Positions 45,724 through 57,486 are shown, counted from the first letter of the stretch. The stretch: 64,000 bases of DNA from an uncultured Lachnospiraceae bacterium (GCA_945919795.1 CAMEJJ010000014.1:4440-68439); one strand, 5' to 3'. Made by a program: numbers and translations. Notes: generated by a model from the letters alone, not told the origin.

Positions 45724-46080
45724 TTACTTTCTGATTTTCGGTTTGGAAATCAAGGATACCAGATAGGAAAAAATCAGCGCACTGCTGCATCCTGCTGCTC
45801 CGGCTTTAAATCCACCCTTAAAGATACCGATAAATCCTTCTGAATCCACAGCCTCTTTTACACCTTTCATTAAAACATGTCCAAATCCGGTCAGAGGTAC
45901 ACTTGCGCCGGCCCCCGCAAAATCCGCAAAAGGTTGATAGAGCCCGATAAAACTTAAAAAAGCTCCCAGGCAGACTAATAGAACCATAATTCTGCCGGGA
46001 AGCATTTTTGTTTTTTCCATTAAAATTTGTACGAGCGCACATATTACGCCACCAACTAAAAAAGCTGTAATATAACTCAT
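45724..46080 (-). CDS. spoVAE: Stage V sporulation protein AE (SpoVAE/SpoVAEB-like)
   Basis: 118 aa, FLVGGVICALVQIL..ASVPLTGFGH..GGFKAGAAG. Confidence 0.75.
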   Translation of the reverse strand: MSYITAFLVGGVICALVQILMEKTKMLPGRIMVLLVCLGAFLSFIGLYQPFADFAGAGASVPLTGFGHVLMKGVKEAVDSEGFIGIFKGGFKAGAAGCSSALIFSYLVSLISKPKIRK

Positions 46081-46199
46081 CTTTTTTCTCCATTCTATTC
46101 AAATTTTAATGCTGTGAATATCAAATATTAATTTGCCACTCACCGTTGCATTTGTTGTATCAATAAGAATAGAATAACCGAAAAGTCAGATGTTATACT

Positions 46200-46580
46200 T
46201 TATTTTTTTAAATATGCAATCACTTCGACTTCACAAAGTACATTTTTGGGCAATGTTTTTACGGCAACGCAGCTTCTGGCCGGAAGTGTATTGACAAAAA
46301 ACTGTCCATATACCTCATTAAATGCCGCAAAATCATTCATGTCAGCCAGAAAACAAGTGGTTTTTACGACATTATCATAACTTCCACCCGCTTCCTTTAA
46401 GATTTCTCCGACATTTTTTAAAGCCTGTTCTGCCTGAACAGTAATATCACCTTCCGCTATCATTCCTGTTTCCGGAATAATCGGAATCTGACCGGATGCA
46501 AATAAAAAATCTCCTGCAATAATTCCCTGTGAATAAGGCCCGATTGCTGCGGGTGCTTTGTCTGTACTGATTTTTTTCAT
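46200..46580 (-). CDS. ridA: RidA/YjgF-family reactive intermediate deaminase
   Basis: APAAIGPYSQG...TTCFLADMNDFAAFNEVY..PARSCVAVKTLPKNVLCEVE. Confidence 0.9.
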   Translation of the reverse strand: MKKISTDKAPAAIGPYSQGIIAGDFLFASGQIPIIPETGMIAEGDITVQAEQALKNVGEILKEAGGSYDNVVKTTCFLADMNDFAAFNEVYGQFFVNTLPARSCVAVKTLPKNVLCEVEVIAYLKK

Positions 46581-46671
46581 CTTATTTCCTCCTCGTGTTT
46601 CCTACTTTTATAGGTTATGAATTACCATCTATAAAATGATACCAGGGTCAAAAGGTCATACTACGAGAGCA

Positions 46672-46693
46672 CAAAGTGCGTAGCAATCCGTTG
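46672..46693 (-). repeat. Short dispersed repeat, copy upstream of ridA
   Basis: CAAAGTGCGTAGCAATCCGTTG, flanked by the inverted GATACC..GGTATC pair (46638..46700). Confidence 0.7.
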
Positions 46694-46729
46694 GTATCAT
46701 GGATTCAAAATACCATTAGTAATAATTTC

Positions 46730-46963
46730 TTACCCTTCCGCAAAATTGACTGTGACATAAAAACCTCTTGCATTTTCCACAATATCAACCACAGTCCCCT
46801 CTTTTACCATCAAACGCTCACGAAAAGGAATATTGCCCGACATGGCTAAGGATGGATCAATGGTATAATAATAACAACTCGGCAAAAGTCCCTCGGTTAC
46901 TGTAACCTTATCTCCCACCGCAAGCAATCCTTCCCGCTCCATTTTAAATTCCATCTCTCGCAT
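46730..46963 (-). CDS. Hypothetical small protein
   Basis: Trimmed to MREMEFKMEREG (GGAG 6 nt upstream), 77 aa. Confidence 0.5.
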   Translation of the reverse strand: MREMEFKMEREGLLAVGDKVTVTEGLLPSCYYYTIDPSLAMSGNIPFRERLMVKEGTVVDIVENARGFYVTVNFAEG

Positions 46964-47028
46964 GATTAACTCCATCTTCTTTCTTGCGTTTTACATTTTT
47001 CTTTTCTATTACACTTTTGCTTGGAGTA

Positions 47029-49113
47029 TCAGTTAGCCGCAGCTTCCCGTGCTTTTTGTATTTTGGGCAGTTCCTCTTCCTCCAACAATCTGGTAAATAC
47101 TTCTATAATGTGAGGATCAAACTGTGTTCCCGCACATCGGCGCAATTCCTTAATGGCATCCTCCTCCGGCATGGCATGATGATAAGGTCTATCATGTACC
47201 ATAACATCGTGGGAATCAACTGCTGAAATAATACGTGCTAAAAGTGGAATATCTTCCCCTTTTAATTTGTTCGGATAACCTGTTCCATCCCATTTTTCAT
47301 GATGTGAAAGGATACAGTCCGCGATGCCGGATAACTCCGGTGATGCATTTGCAATTCGATATCCCTTGATGGTGTGCTGTTTCATGATTTCGAATTCTTC
47401 ATCACTCAGCTTGCCTTTTTTAAGTAAAACCTGATGAGGGATCGCAACTTTTCCAATATCATGCATAATGGCCAAAAGCTCCAGCTTACCGATATCCGTA
47501 TCGGAAAGATTCAAGGCTTTACCAAGTCGGGAGGACATCTCTCTGGTTCTTTCCACATGTTCTTCTGTTTCATAATCGCTTTCACTCAGTGTCTGTTTTA
47601 AAGAATCAACTAAAGAACTACTCATGGAGTTGTCTCGGAGCATCTTTTTATTCTGCATACTGCTCTTTGCTTCCCCGAGAATCTGTTCCATTGTCGTAAT
47701 AGCATCTTCCTTAACCGCAACTCCATATTCAAGATGGATCAAAACATCTCGCCCATAAAATCCTTCTAAATCCTTTTTTATATCTTCACAAATCTCGACA
47801 GTCTCGTTATGGGTAGTTTCTTCCAATACAGCGAGAATATCTCCGCCTTCTAGCTTAGCAACATAGGCATCTTCACCGGCATGCATCTTTACAAAATACG
47901 CGAGCTGCTTCATGACTGCATCACCATATTCCGTGCCGTATTGGTCATTAATTCGTTTCAAACCATTGATATTGCAAACAGCTACCGCAACCGGCCAGTA
48001 ACGCTTATTATCCCATTGTGGTATCTGCTGAAGATAACTCTGCTTATTGTACAAGCCCGTGAGTGGATCATACAACAGGGATTTCTCCAAATTAAAGTAT
48101 GTATCACGCATGGAAGTAATATCATGAAAAACAAAAATCTTACCAAGGCTCCTGCCTTTGGCATCTGTCATACAACGATATTTAATACTGTATGTATAAT
48201 CCTCTCCGCCGATTCTGGTGGTCCAGTCAAAATCCTGATCCGTATCGACCGGTCGGAAACCGATAAAATTGCCGCTGTTTACAAATTCGTCAATCGTCAT
48301 GGAACCGATATTAAAATGGGCATTGGGCATTACCTTTAAAATAGATTTACTAAAATCTGTCAGCCATCCGTCATAGTCAAACAAAATTACCGGCTCACTC
48401 AGATAGTTCAAAATCATCCGTCTGGTAATATTCATGGTAACCGCAGGCAGATACCGGAAAGTATTGTAATACATTAACATACCAATAAAACAGTATAAAA
48501 CCGATGATAAATCCAGAACAAAAAAATCAGCCTGATACAAATTCATCAAATTGACCGCAACCGCCAGTAAAATACCGAAAATCAACATATAATATCGTTT
48601 CCAGTATACCCTTGGTGTTTCCCCACACTTTAAAACCAGTAATGCCGCAACAATCATAACCATGACGACAACAAAAAATGTGTGATAATAAAATGGGGGA
48701 TTCGGTATATAAGTCAGGACATGCGTATCAACAAACGTCGAATCAATATACGATACCGTCATCTGATTATATGGATTCAGCAAAAAGAACACCATATCAA
48801 TTCCGGCACCAATATACATACAATATAATACTGCCTTCGGAACCTTTTTGTTCCAGCTGATAAACTCCAAAATATAATCATAAAACAAGATCAGCATAAC
48901 GTCTGTAGCAATAAAAAACATACTCATTGCAAAAGAACGTATCGTGCTGTTCTCCACCGTTAACTGGAATGAATAAAAAACAACCAGCAAAAAAGTGGCA
49001 AGCATTACCTTGCCAATTTTTTTACCGATTGTAGTTCCTTTTTTATAAGCATTTAATAAAATCAGCGCAGCTATCAATGCGACTAAATAATACAACAGCG
49101 CTATGATTGACAT
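47029..49113 (-). CDS. Membrane signalling protein: 7TM N-terminus, degenerate GGDEF domain, HD-GYP domain
   Basis: DPLTGLYNK..EGGDILAV (GGDEF position reads GGDIL), then HDIGKVAIP..HHEKWDGTGYP. Confidence 0.8.
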   Translation of the reverse strand: MSIIALLYYLVALIAALILLNAYKKGTTIGKKIGKVMLATFLLVVFYSFQLTVENSTIRSFAMSMFFIATDVMLILFYDYILEFISWNKKVPKAVLYCMYIGAGIDMVFFLLNPYNQMTVSYIDSTFVDTHVLTYIPNPPFYYHTFFVVVMVMIVAALLVLKCGETPRVYWKRYYMLIFGILLAVAVNLMNLYQADFFVLDLSSVLYCFIGMLMYYNTFRYLPAVTMNITRRMILNYLSEPVILFDYDGWLTDFSKSILKVMPNAHFNIGSMTIDEFVNSGNFIGFRPVDTDQDFDWTTRIGGEDYTYSIKYRCMTDAKGRSLGKIFVFHDITSMRDTYFNLEKSLLYDPLTGLYNKQSYLQQIPQWDNKRYWPVAVAVCNINGLKRINDQYGTEYGDAVMKQLAYFVKMHAGEDAYVAKLEGGDILAVLEETTHNETVEICEDIKKDLEGFYGRDVLIHLEYGVAVKEDAITTMEQILGEAKSSMQNKKMLRDNSMSSSLVDSLKQTLSESDYETEEHVERTREMSSRLGKALNLSDTDIGKLELLAIMHDIGKVAIPHQVLLKKGKLSDEEFEIMKQHTIKGYRIANASPELSGIADCILSHHEKWDGTGYPNKLKGEDIPLLARIISAVDSHDVMVHDRPYHHAMPEEDAIKELRRCAGTQFDPHIIEVFTRLLEEEELPKIQKAREAAAN

Positions 49114-49154
49114 GTCAGTTCCCCCCAGTACACAGTATCTTATTTATGCAATAT

Positions 49155-50657
49155 TTACTGCTGTTTTGCCAATTCCTCAGCCTGATCACTTAATGAAGAA
49201 ACAATGTCAATTACCTGAGATACAATCTCCGTATTCTTTTCACTACTTGCATATGTTTCATGTGCATGAGCTGATACTTCTTCTGTAATAGCTGAAATAT
49301 TCTGAATACTTTCCACAATGCCAGCGTTTGCATCTGCTAACTGGGAAATGCTACCATTTAATTCTGCAGAACTGTCTTCAATAAAGGCAGCACTCTTTTC
49401 AATCTTACCAAAACTGTCGGCCGCATTTCCGGCACTCTCATTTTGCTGGCGATTCATGGAAATCAGATTATTAATCGCGGCAACCACCTCACTAAGTTCT
49501 TCAGAAATATTGTTAATCAACGTCTCAATCTCTTCCGTAGCTTCCTGTGTCTGGGCTGCCAAAGATGAAATCTCGGATGCAACGACAGCAAAACCTTTTC
49601 CGGCTTCACCGGCTCTTGCAGCTTCAATGCTGGCATTTAATGACAATAGAGATGTCTGATCCGCAACGTTGTTGATTAATTCCACGATGGAATGCATCTG
49701 GTTAGTATATTCATCAAGCTCTGATAATTCTGTTTTTACATGATTACCGGAGGCTTCTGTTGCAGCAACCTGCGAAATCAGCAATTCGATATCCGCATTA
49801 CCTTTTTGAATTGCAACTTTAGTATTGGCAATATTCTCTACAATTTCGTCCGCGGCCCTCTGAACATCGGAAATATGATTTTGAATCTCTTCTGTTTTTA
49901 ATAACTGTGTCTGAACTGATTCTGCAGTTTCTGTACTGCCGGCGCTAACCTCTTCCATTGCCCCCAGAGTATTGGAAACCGATTCTCCAAGCTCTGTCAT
50001 TTTGCCGCTGACAGTAAAAATACCTTTGGTAATGACTTTGGAAACAAACATGATATGTTCCAAAAGCTTCGCTGTCTTTTCCTGCTCCGTTTCAACCTTT
50101 TCAACCTTTTCTTTATTGCTGATATTGGCAGAACGGTTTGCAATTATGGAATAAATCATAATAAACAGCAAAATAATAATCTGAATCTCAGCATCTGCCA
50201 TATCCTTTGCACTTATGCCGCCATTTTTTACTACAGAAACAATTACTTGTATGACATTGAGTAAAATCGCTGCAACACCCGAAAGAATAGATAACTGTAC
50301 TGAATTATACATGATAATTGCCAGCATAATCGGCATGGCATAAGTAAATGCCAGCTTAGACGTGGTAGTAAAAATTACAAACGCATATAAAACTCCAAAC
50401 AATGCTACCAGCCACGAACGGAAATAACGATATTCGGCATCCTTCTTTAAGAATAAAAACAAAACCGTTGCCGGGACAATAATCGTCAAAGCCGTCAGCA
50501 AAAAATAGCCAAATGTTCTGCTGCCTTTAATCACTTCCAAAAGATAAGTCAAAAAGATTACAGTAACTTCCATCAAGAAACACAAATAGACCGTGCGATT
50601 GATTCTTGCTGCTTCACTTTCGTCCTTATTTCCTTTAATAACCCCCAATAGTTTCAC
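49155..50657 (-). CDS. Methyl-accepting chemotaxis protein
   Basis: Multi-TM N-terminus and the conserved signalling hairpin [31 protein letters not shown]. Confidence 0.9.
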   Translation of the reverse strand: MKLLGVIKGNKDESEAARINRTVYLCFLMEVTVIFLTYLLEVIKGSRTFGYFLLTALTIIVPATVLFLFLKKDAEYRYFRSWLVALFGVLYAFVIFTTTSKLAFTYAMPIMLAIIMYNSVQLSILSGVAAILLNVIQVIVSVVKNGGISAKDMADAEIQIIILLFIMIYSIIANRSANISNKEKVEKVETEQEKTAKLLEHIMFVSKVITKGIFTVSGKMTELGESVSNTLGAMEEVSAGSTETAESVQTQLLKTEEIQNHISDVQRAADEIVENIANTKVAIQKGNADIELLISQVAATEASGNHVKTELSELDEYTNQMHSIVELINNVADQTSLLSLNASIEAARAGEAGKGFAVVASEISSLAAQTQEATEEIETLINNISEELSEVVAAINNLISMNRQQNESAGNAADSFGKIEKSAAFIEDSSAELNGSISQLADANAGIVESIQNISAITEEVSAHAHETYASSEKNTEIVSQVIDIVSSLSDQAEELAKQQ

Positions 50658-50778
50658 TTTCGTACCTCCGGAATATTATTAATCTGATAGTATAATACCC
50701 TAAAAAACAATCTAATCCAGTATCATTCCATACTATATCGCCTATTATAACATAATTAAAAAAAAATAAGAATATTTT

Positions 50779-51855
50779 TTACGAAAAAAATACAGAACTT
50801 TCCAAACTTTCCAAAACAATTGCATGGGCAATCCCCAAAATAGGCTGTCCCTCATTGTAGCTGGTTTTATTTAATAACGCGCCGGTCGGAACGAACAGCA
50901 CTCTGTTCCATTCTTTTTTTTGCAATTTGGGCAGAATATATGCAGAAAGAACTGATGCCGCACATCCGCATCCGCTACCGCCGGATTCGGTTCCCGCCTG
51001 TGACGGATCGAACATTTCCATTCCGCAATCGGTATGTTTTTGTGAAATATCATACCCTTTTTCCTCCAAAAGATGGAATAAAGCCTCCTGTCCCACCTTA
51101 CCTAAATCTCCGGTAATAATCTTGTCATAATCTTTGGGCGAACGCTGAAAATCCTTAAAGTTAGCCTCTATTACATCGGCAGCTGCCGGTGCCATACAAC
51201 ATCCCATATTAAAGGTATCTTTCATGTTCATGTCGACAATTTTTCCGACTGTAATCCCGCTGATACAGGCATAAGGATGTTCTCCTTTCTTAAGGGATAC
51301 CAAAAAAGCCCCGCTCCCGGTTACAGTTCTGGTATAGCATGGTGGTCTCTGTCCACCGTATTCCATTGGGAAGCGGAATTCTTTTTCTGCACTTCCAAAA
51401 TGACTGGACGTCACACAGATCACGTTTTCTGCAAATCCGCCACCCAAAATCATACTAGCCAGAGCAAGTGCTTCGCCACTTGTTGAACAGGCACCGAATA
51501 AGCCAAAAAACGGGATATCCAATTCTTTAATACCAAAGGAAGATGCAATAGTCTGTCCAAGCAAATCACCAGCCAGCAAAAAATGAATATTCTCTTGCTC
51601 TTCCTTCGCCTTTCCAAGCACCAGTGACACTGCTTCTTTTTGCAGGGTACTTTCGGCTTCTTCCCAGGTCTTGCATCCGAACATTTCATCTTCTCCAACC
51701 ATGTCAAAAAGCTCTCCCAAAGGACCGCTTCCTTCTTTTTGTCCCACAATGGATGCACATTCGCGGATATACACAGGTCTTGGCATCTTTGCACTCTGAC
51801 TTCCGATTGCATGCATTGCATAATCCATTGCCTCTGTCGTTTGTTGATTATCCAT
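50779..51855 (-). CDS. spoVAD: Stage V sporulation protein AD
   Basis: Thiolase-like fold pattern GLFGACSTSGEALALA. Trimmed to MDNQQTTEAM (GAAGGTG upstream). Confidence 0.8.
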   Translation of the reverse strand: MDNQQTTEAMDYAMHAIGSQSAKMPRPVYIRECASIVGQKEGSGPLGELFDMVGEDEMFGCKTWEEAESTLQKEAVSLVLGKAKEEQENIHFLLAGDLLGQTIASSFGIKELDIPFFGLFGACSTSGEALALASMILGGGFAENVICVTSSHFGSAEKEFRFPMEYGGQRPPCYTRTVTGSGAFLVSLKKGEHPYACISGITVGKIVDMNMKDTFNMGCCMAPAAADVIEANFKDFQRSPKDYDKIITGDLGKVGQEALFHLLEEKGYDISQKHTDCGMEMFDPSQAGTESGGSGCGCAASVLSAYILPKLQKKEWNRVLFVPTGALLNKTSYNEGQPILGIAHAIVLESLESSVFFS

Positions 51856-51929
51856 ATCAAAACACCTTCCAAATCTTTTTTTAATATAGTATCTCAATCC
51901 ACAGAAAGAACTATTCATGCAAAAACATT

Positions 51930-52097
51930 TTCTTAGCGGCATAAGCGAACAAAAATAATGCCCGGTTTCAACTGTCCGAAGACGAAGTCTGAGTTTTGAA
52001 ACCGGGCATTTATTAAATTTTTGTGAGCATGCCGCTTAGAAAAGCTAAAAACCGAAGTATGAGGCGGCAACGATATATATTTTTTGTAAGGACGACT
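51930..52097. repeat. MITE-like palindromic repeat, left-truncated copy
   Basis: About 168 bp, nearly identical to 53727..53893. The central 15-bp stem AATGCCCGGTTTCAA/TTGAAACCGGGCATT is followed on the minus strand by a U-tract, so it may terminate the kinase transcript (51945..52010). Confidence 0.8.
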
Positions 52098-52143
52098 GTA
52101 TCCTCAAAAGGCTACGAATAATAAAAAGCGCGAAAAGTTGCGA

Positions 52144-53511
52144 CTATTGCTCAGAAATGGCGGTTCCCATTTCCGTCATAATATCATCAATCAACTGACT
52201 TTCATGAATATTCGGATATTTGGAAGCCTTATATGCACGAACAACTTCTTTTATTTTTTGATATTCAAGCTGACGCAAGTACTCCGGATCTTCTTTTACG
52301 AAACGATCGTAAGCAGCTTTGTATTCCGGACTTTCTTTATACTGTCTGACTACATCCATAACCGCAACATGTTCATCATCATACTGTGATGCATCCACGA
52401 ACAGAGCCGGACTGGCATTGGCATTGGTCTGCCGCTTAATAGCCTCTTTTACCTTGTCTTTGGTATCGCCCTGCTTTTTGTAATTGCGTACCGCTTCAAT
52501 TACTTTGGTATATTCTTCGGTACTGACATTTTGCCATGCATCGGTCTTGTAAATAGCATCATACAATTCGTCCATGCTCTGGAAACGGTCTTCATTATGA
52601 ATCTCCAGACCTTTCATAATTGCATCTTCAATGGCAGGAGCAATCTTAATCCCGTATTCGCTCGGCTTATGTAAGACCTCGCCAAATAAGCGATCCGTAA
52701 CATCTAACGGCTTAGCACCGACAATACAACGATAAATGGTTGCGCACAATGCATAAATATCCGTCCACGGTCCCTGATTTCCTTTGGTCCGTAACTGCTC
52801 CGGAGGTGTATAGCCGGATTTTTTGAATACGGATATTGTCTTTTCGGATTCGGATGAATTGGTACGTGCTGTACCGAAATCAATCAGATAAACACGGTTG
52901 TTTTCATTAGAAATCATGATATTATCCGGACTGATATCGCGATGAATAAAGCCACTGTCATGAATCTCTTTTAGAGCCAGCATAATCGGCTCAATGATTT
53001 TTAAAGTCTCTTCCACCGTAATCTTTCCGTCTGAATAATCCAACAATCTGCGAAGAGTCATCCCGTCGATGTAATTCATAACCAAATATGCAGTTCCATT
53101 GTCCTTAAAGAAATCCAGCACGGAAACAACTGCCGGTGTATTGCGGAATTTGGCCAGACGCTTTGCCTCACCCAAAAAACGGTCTCTTTGTTTAATAAAG
53201 AAATCCTCAGCATCTCCTTCATGCGGAATGACATTGGGACCGGCTTTTTCACGGCTTGCAAAATTGCTGGGAAAGAATTCCTTAATCGCAACCTGTGCAT
53301 CCAGATTAATATCATAACCAATATATGTAATGCCAAAGCCCCCTTCGCCGAGAACTTTGCCCATTAGGTATTTTTCTCTTAAAAAACTGCCGACCGGTAA
53401 ATAGCGCTCACTAAGCTTGATATCCGAAAACTGCTTTCCACAGCAATTACAGACACCCTCTTCATTTACTTCACCTTTCATACAGTTAAAACATATCTTA
53501 CTAATGTCCAT
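52144..53511 (-). CDS. Ser/Thr protein kinase with N-terminal zinc ribbon and three C-terminal repeats
   Basis: CFNCMKG..CNCCG; kinase motifs GEGGFGITY, AIKEF, HRDISPDNIM, DFGTA; repeats VIEAVRNYKK / VMDVVRQYKE / IKEVVRAYKA. Confidence 0.9.
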   Translation of the reverse strand: MDISKICFNCMKGEVNEEGVCNCCGKQFSDIKLSERYLPVGSFLREKYLMGKVLGEGGFGITYIGYDINLDAQVAIKEFFPSNFASREKAGPNVIPHEGDAEDFFIKQRDRFLGEAKRLAKFRNTPAVVSVLDFFKDNGTAYLVMNYIDGMTLRRLLDYSDGKITVEETLKIIEPIMLALKEIHDSGFIHRDISPDNIMISNENNRVYLIDFGTARTNSSESEKTISVFKKSGYTPPEQLRTKGNQGPWTDIYALCATIYRCIVGAKPLDVTDRLFGEVLHKPSEYGIKIAPAIEDAIMKGLEIHNEDRFQSMDELYDAIYKTDAWQNVSTEEYTKVIEAVRNYKKQGDTKDKVKEAIKRQTNANASPALFVDASQYDDEHVAVMDVVRQYKESPEYKAAYDRFVKEDPEYLRQLEYQKIKEVVRAYKASKYPNIHESQLIDDIMTEMGTAISEQ

Positions 53512-53666
53512 GGCATACTCCTACAGACTAATCTGATACTATTATACCATAGCATTTTTTTTTTGCCACACTTTTTGTAATATCTTTTGCAATAATCTTT
53601 TTTATATTCTTTTTCTTCCTTTCCGGTTTTTTTTCTTGCATGTACCAATCAAAAATGCAATAGCAA

Positions 53667-53893
53667 GTCGTCCTTACAGAAAATGATATATCTTTGTCCG
53701 CCGGCTTTTACGAGGTTTTGTGCCATTCTTAGCAGCATAAGCGAACAAAAAGAATGCCCGGTTTCAACTGTCCGAAGACGAAGTCTGAGTTTTGAAACCG
53801 GGCATTTAATCATACTTTGTGAGCATGCCGCTTAGAAGGGCTAAAAACCGAAGTATGAAGCGGCAAAGATATATCATTTTCTGTAAGGACGAC
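53667..53893. mobile_element. MITE-like imperfect palindromic element (227 bp) with ~34-bp terminal inverted repeats
   Basis: Left end GTCGTCCTTACAGAAAATGATATATCTTTGTCCG and right end CGGCAAAGATATATCATTTTCTGTAAGGACGAC. The arms pair along most of their length and the central hairpin is at 53753..53806. No coding capacity. Confidence 0.75.
53741..53806 (-). terminator. Probable intrinsic terminator of glpK, provided by the MITE central hairpin
   Basis: 15-bp stem followed on the minus strand by CUUUUUGUU. Confidence 0.55.
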
Positions 53894-53914
53894 GTACATC
53901 CCATAAAATTCAGC

Positions 53915-55408
<1,494 letters not shown>

Positions 55409-55496
55409 CTAACTAAATTTGTTCTCATGTTTATGCGACAAAAGACATTTTCCACATGGCGCCTGCGCATTATCCGCACTATATGACATTAATTCA

Positions 55497-56558
55497 TCAA
55501 TTTATTTCAAACTGCTTTGAATCATCGCCGACCGAATCATACAAAGTTTCTAATTCAGGACGGCATTTTAAAAACATCTTTCCAAGCTTTGGATCAAAAT
55601 GTGTTCCAATCGATTCCTCGATTATCGAAAAGGCCTTATCGTAAGTATAAGCTTCCTTATAACACCGTATGCTGACAAGTGCATCAAACACATCCGCAAG
55701 CGCCATTATCCTTGCTTCAATTGGTATTTCTTCTCCTGACAACCCATCCGGATACCCTGAGCCATCCCACTTTTCATGGTGATAATGAGCAACATTTTCG
55801 GCAACTTTTACAAAATCAGCTTCCTCGATATCTTCCAAAATCTGCTTAACAATTTTAGCTCCCTCAGCAGAATGTTTTTTCATCTCAGCATATTCCTCAG
55901 GTGTAAATCTTCCCTGCTTGCGAAGAATTCTGTCATTGACTGCAATCTTTCCCAAATCATGCATTGGCGCAGCTCTGACAACCATATCAAGAAAGCTGTT
56001 CGATAATCCATCCTGTTCATTCGAAAGTCTTTCTGCAAAGATTCTCACGACCATACTTGTCCGCTTGATATGTCCGCCTGTGGAAAGGTCCCGGCTCTCT
56101 ACCATTGCTGCCATACCCAAAACCATCATTTCCTGAATTTGCTTTATATGCATGGTACGAGCTTCCAACTGTCCCGCAAGATCACGGCGGAGCGCTTCCA
56201 ATTCAAGAGCATGACCGATTCTCGAAAGCATAACATTCAGCACAAAGGGCTTCGTAATAAAATCCATGGCTCCTTCTTTAAGGCAACGACTTTCAATCTG
56301 CGGATCATTGTCAGCAGTAAGAAAAATAATCGGAATTTCCGCAAGTTCCGGATTTTCCCGTATTTTCTCCATAACCTCAAATCCATCCATTTCCGGCATA
56401 TTGATGTCTAACAGAATAAGATCACAACTCATTTTTTTCAAAAAATCCAATGCTTGTTCGCCTGATGTTACAGCAGTGATTTTATAATAATCCGATAGTG
56501 CTCTTTTTGCTGTAGAAAGGTTTATTTTATCGTCATCAACAATTAACAAGTGGTACAT
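55497..56558 (-). CDS. Response regulator with HD-GYP output domain (RpfG-like)
   Basis: MYHLLIVDDD, LLDINMPEMDG, then HDLGKIAV..HHEKWDGSGYP. Start trimmed (AGGAGG 5 nt upstream). Confidence 0.85.
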   Translation of the reverse strand: MYHLLIVDDDKINLSTAKRALSDYYKITAVTSGEQALDFLKKMSCDLILLDINMPEMDGFEVMEKIRENPELAEIPIIFLTADNDPQIESRCLKEGAMDFITKPFVLNVMLSRIGHALELEALRRDLAGQLEARTMHIKQIQEMMVLGMAAMVESRDLSTGGHIKRTSMVVRIFAERLSNEQDGLSNSFLDMVVRAAPMHDLGKIAVNDRILRKQGRFTPEEYAEMKKHSAEGAKIVKQILEDIEEADFVKVAENVAHYHHEKWDGSGYPDGLSGEEIPIEARIMALADVFDALVSIRCYKEAYTYDKAFSIIEESIGTHFDPKLGKMFLKCRPELETLYDSVGDDSKQFEIN

Positions 56559-56627
56559 ATCGTCCTCCTGAATCATTCAAACTCAAATCGTATATCGAAA
56601 AAGGTCATCTCAAAAAAATCACATATT

Positions 56628-57434
56628 TCACACCTGATCAGAAACAGTTTCTGCCTTCGATGCAAATTTTATCATAAATAGCATTGACAAAACAACAATC
56701 ACTATCCCAACAATACTCCCAATCATTATCATCGCTTCGTAATTCTTCCATGTCACCATAGACATAGCAACATACATAAAAGTCACGATCAAATGAACCA
56801 TAAAACACAGCTTCAAATCTTCGAATTTGTAGCGGATAAAAATCAGAACTGCACCAAATAAGACAGAATAGCCTTTCACATAATCCCAATGCCACAGGGC
56901 ATATGTGACCGTAATAATAACAGCACCAACCCAGACCGGAAATCGCATTTCAAACGTTTTGGTCATGAGCCCTCTGAAAACAAATTCCTCTACAAAACAC
57001 TCCGTCAAATAAGCTATTGCTGTGATGACGATCATGAAACCGGCCGTTTCCTGCACTGCTTCCACCACATTTTCTCCTGTAACCTTTACAAAAAGCATCT
57101 CTGCAAGTTTTAAAACAAAAAATAAACCTAACGCGAAGAATACTGCTAAAAGATAAACCCTTCCATTTTGTCTGACAGGTGAAATATCCCTGAATTTAAA
57201 TCGATGTATTTTCATTTCAGCAAAAGCTGCCAGAAAGCATATGGTATATACTACAATCGTAATGAATAGCTCACTTCCGACAGAAATTGTTTCCAGAATA
57301 CTCGAACTCGCTGCTATTTCTATGGCTAGTGCAGTAAACATACCTAATAGTGCAACGACAAACTGCACTCCCACATAAACAAAAAATGGAACCATTGCCA
57401 CAAAAAAGTCGCCTATTTTCTTAAGTACTTTCAT
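56628..57434 (-). CDS. CPBP-family intramembrane metalloprotease (CAAX protease/bacteriocin-processing family)
   Basis: Multi-TM protein with EEFVFRG and HW motifs. Confidence 0.75.
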   Translation of the reverse strand: MKVLKKIGDFFVAMVPFFVYVGVQFVVALLGMFTALAIEIAASSSILETISVGSELFITIVVYTICFLAAFAEMKIHRFKFRDISPVRQNGRVYLLAVFFALGLFFVLKLAEMLFVKVTGENVVEAVQETAGFMIVITAIAYLTECFVEEFVFRGLMTKTFEMRFPVWVGAVIITVTYALWHWDYVKGYSVLFGAVLIFIRYKFEDLKLCFMVHLIVTFMYVAMSMVTWKNYEAMIMIGSIVGIVIVVLSMLFMIKFASKAETVSDQV

Positions 57435-57486
57435 TTTTTCTCGTTCACTCCTCGAAATACTATGTTATCTTCTCGAAATCCTTCGT

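Noticed and set aside
46586-46729. Riboswitch or T-box interpretation of the conserved 22-nt motif in the ridA, argB and pncB leaders
   Set aside because: The downstream genes are functionally unrelated. A fourth copy is in the opposite orientation. Only a short core is conserved, and I cannot match it to any riboswitch consensus I know. It is kept as a dispersed-repeat finding instead.
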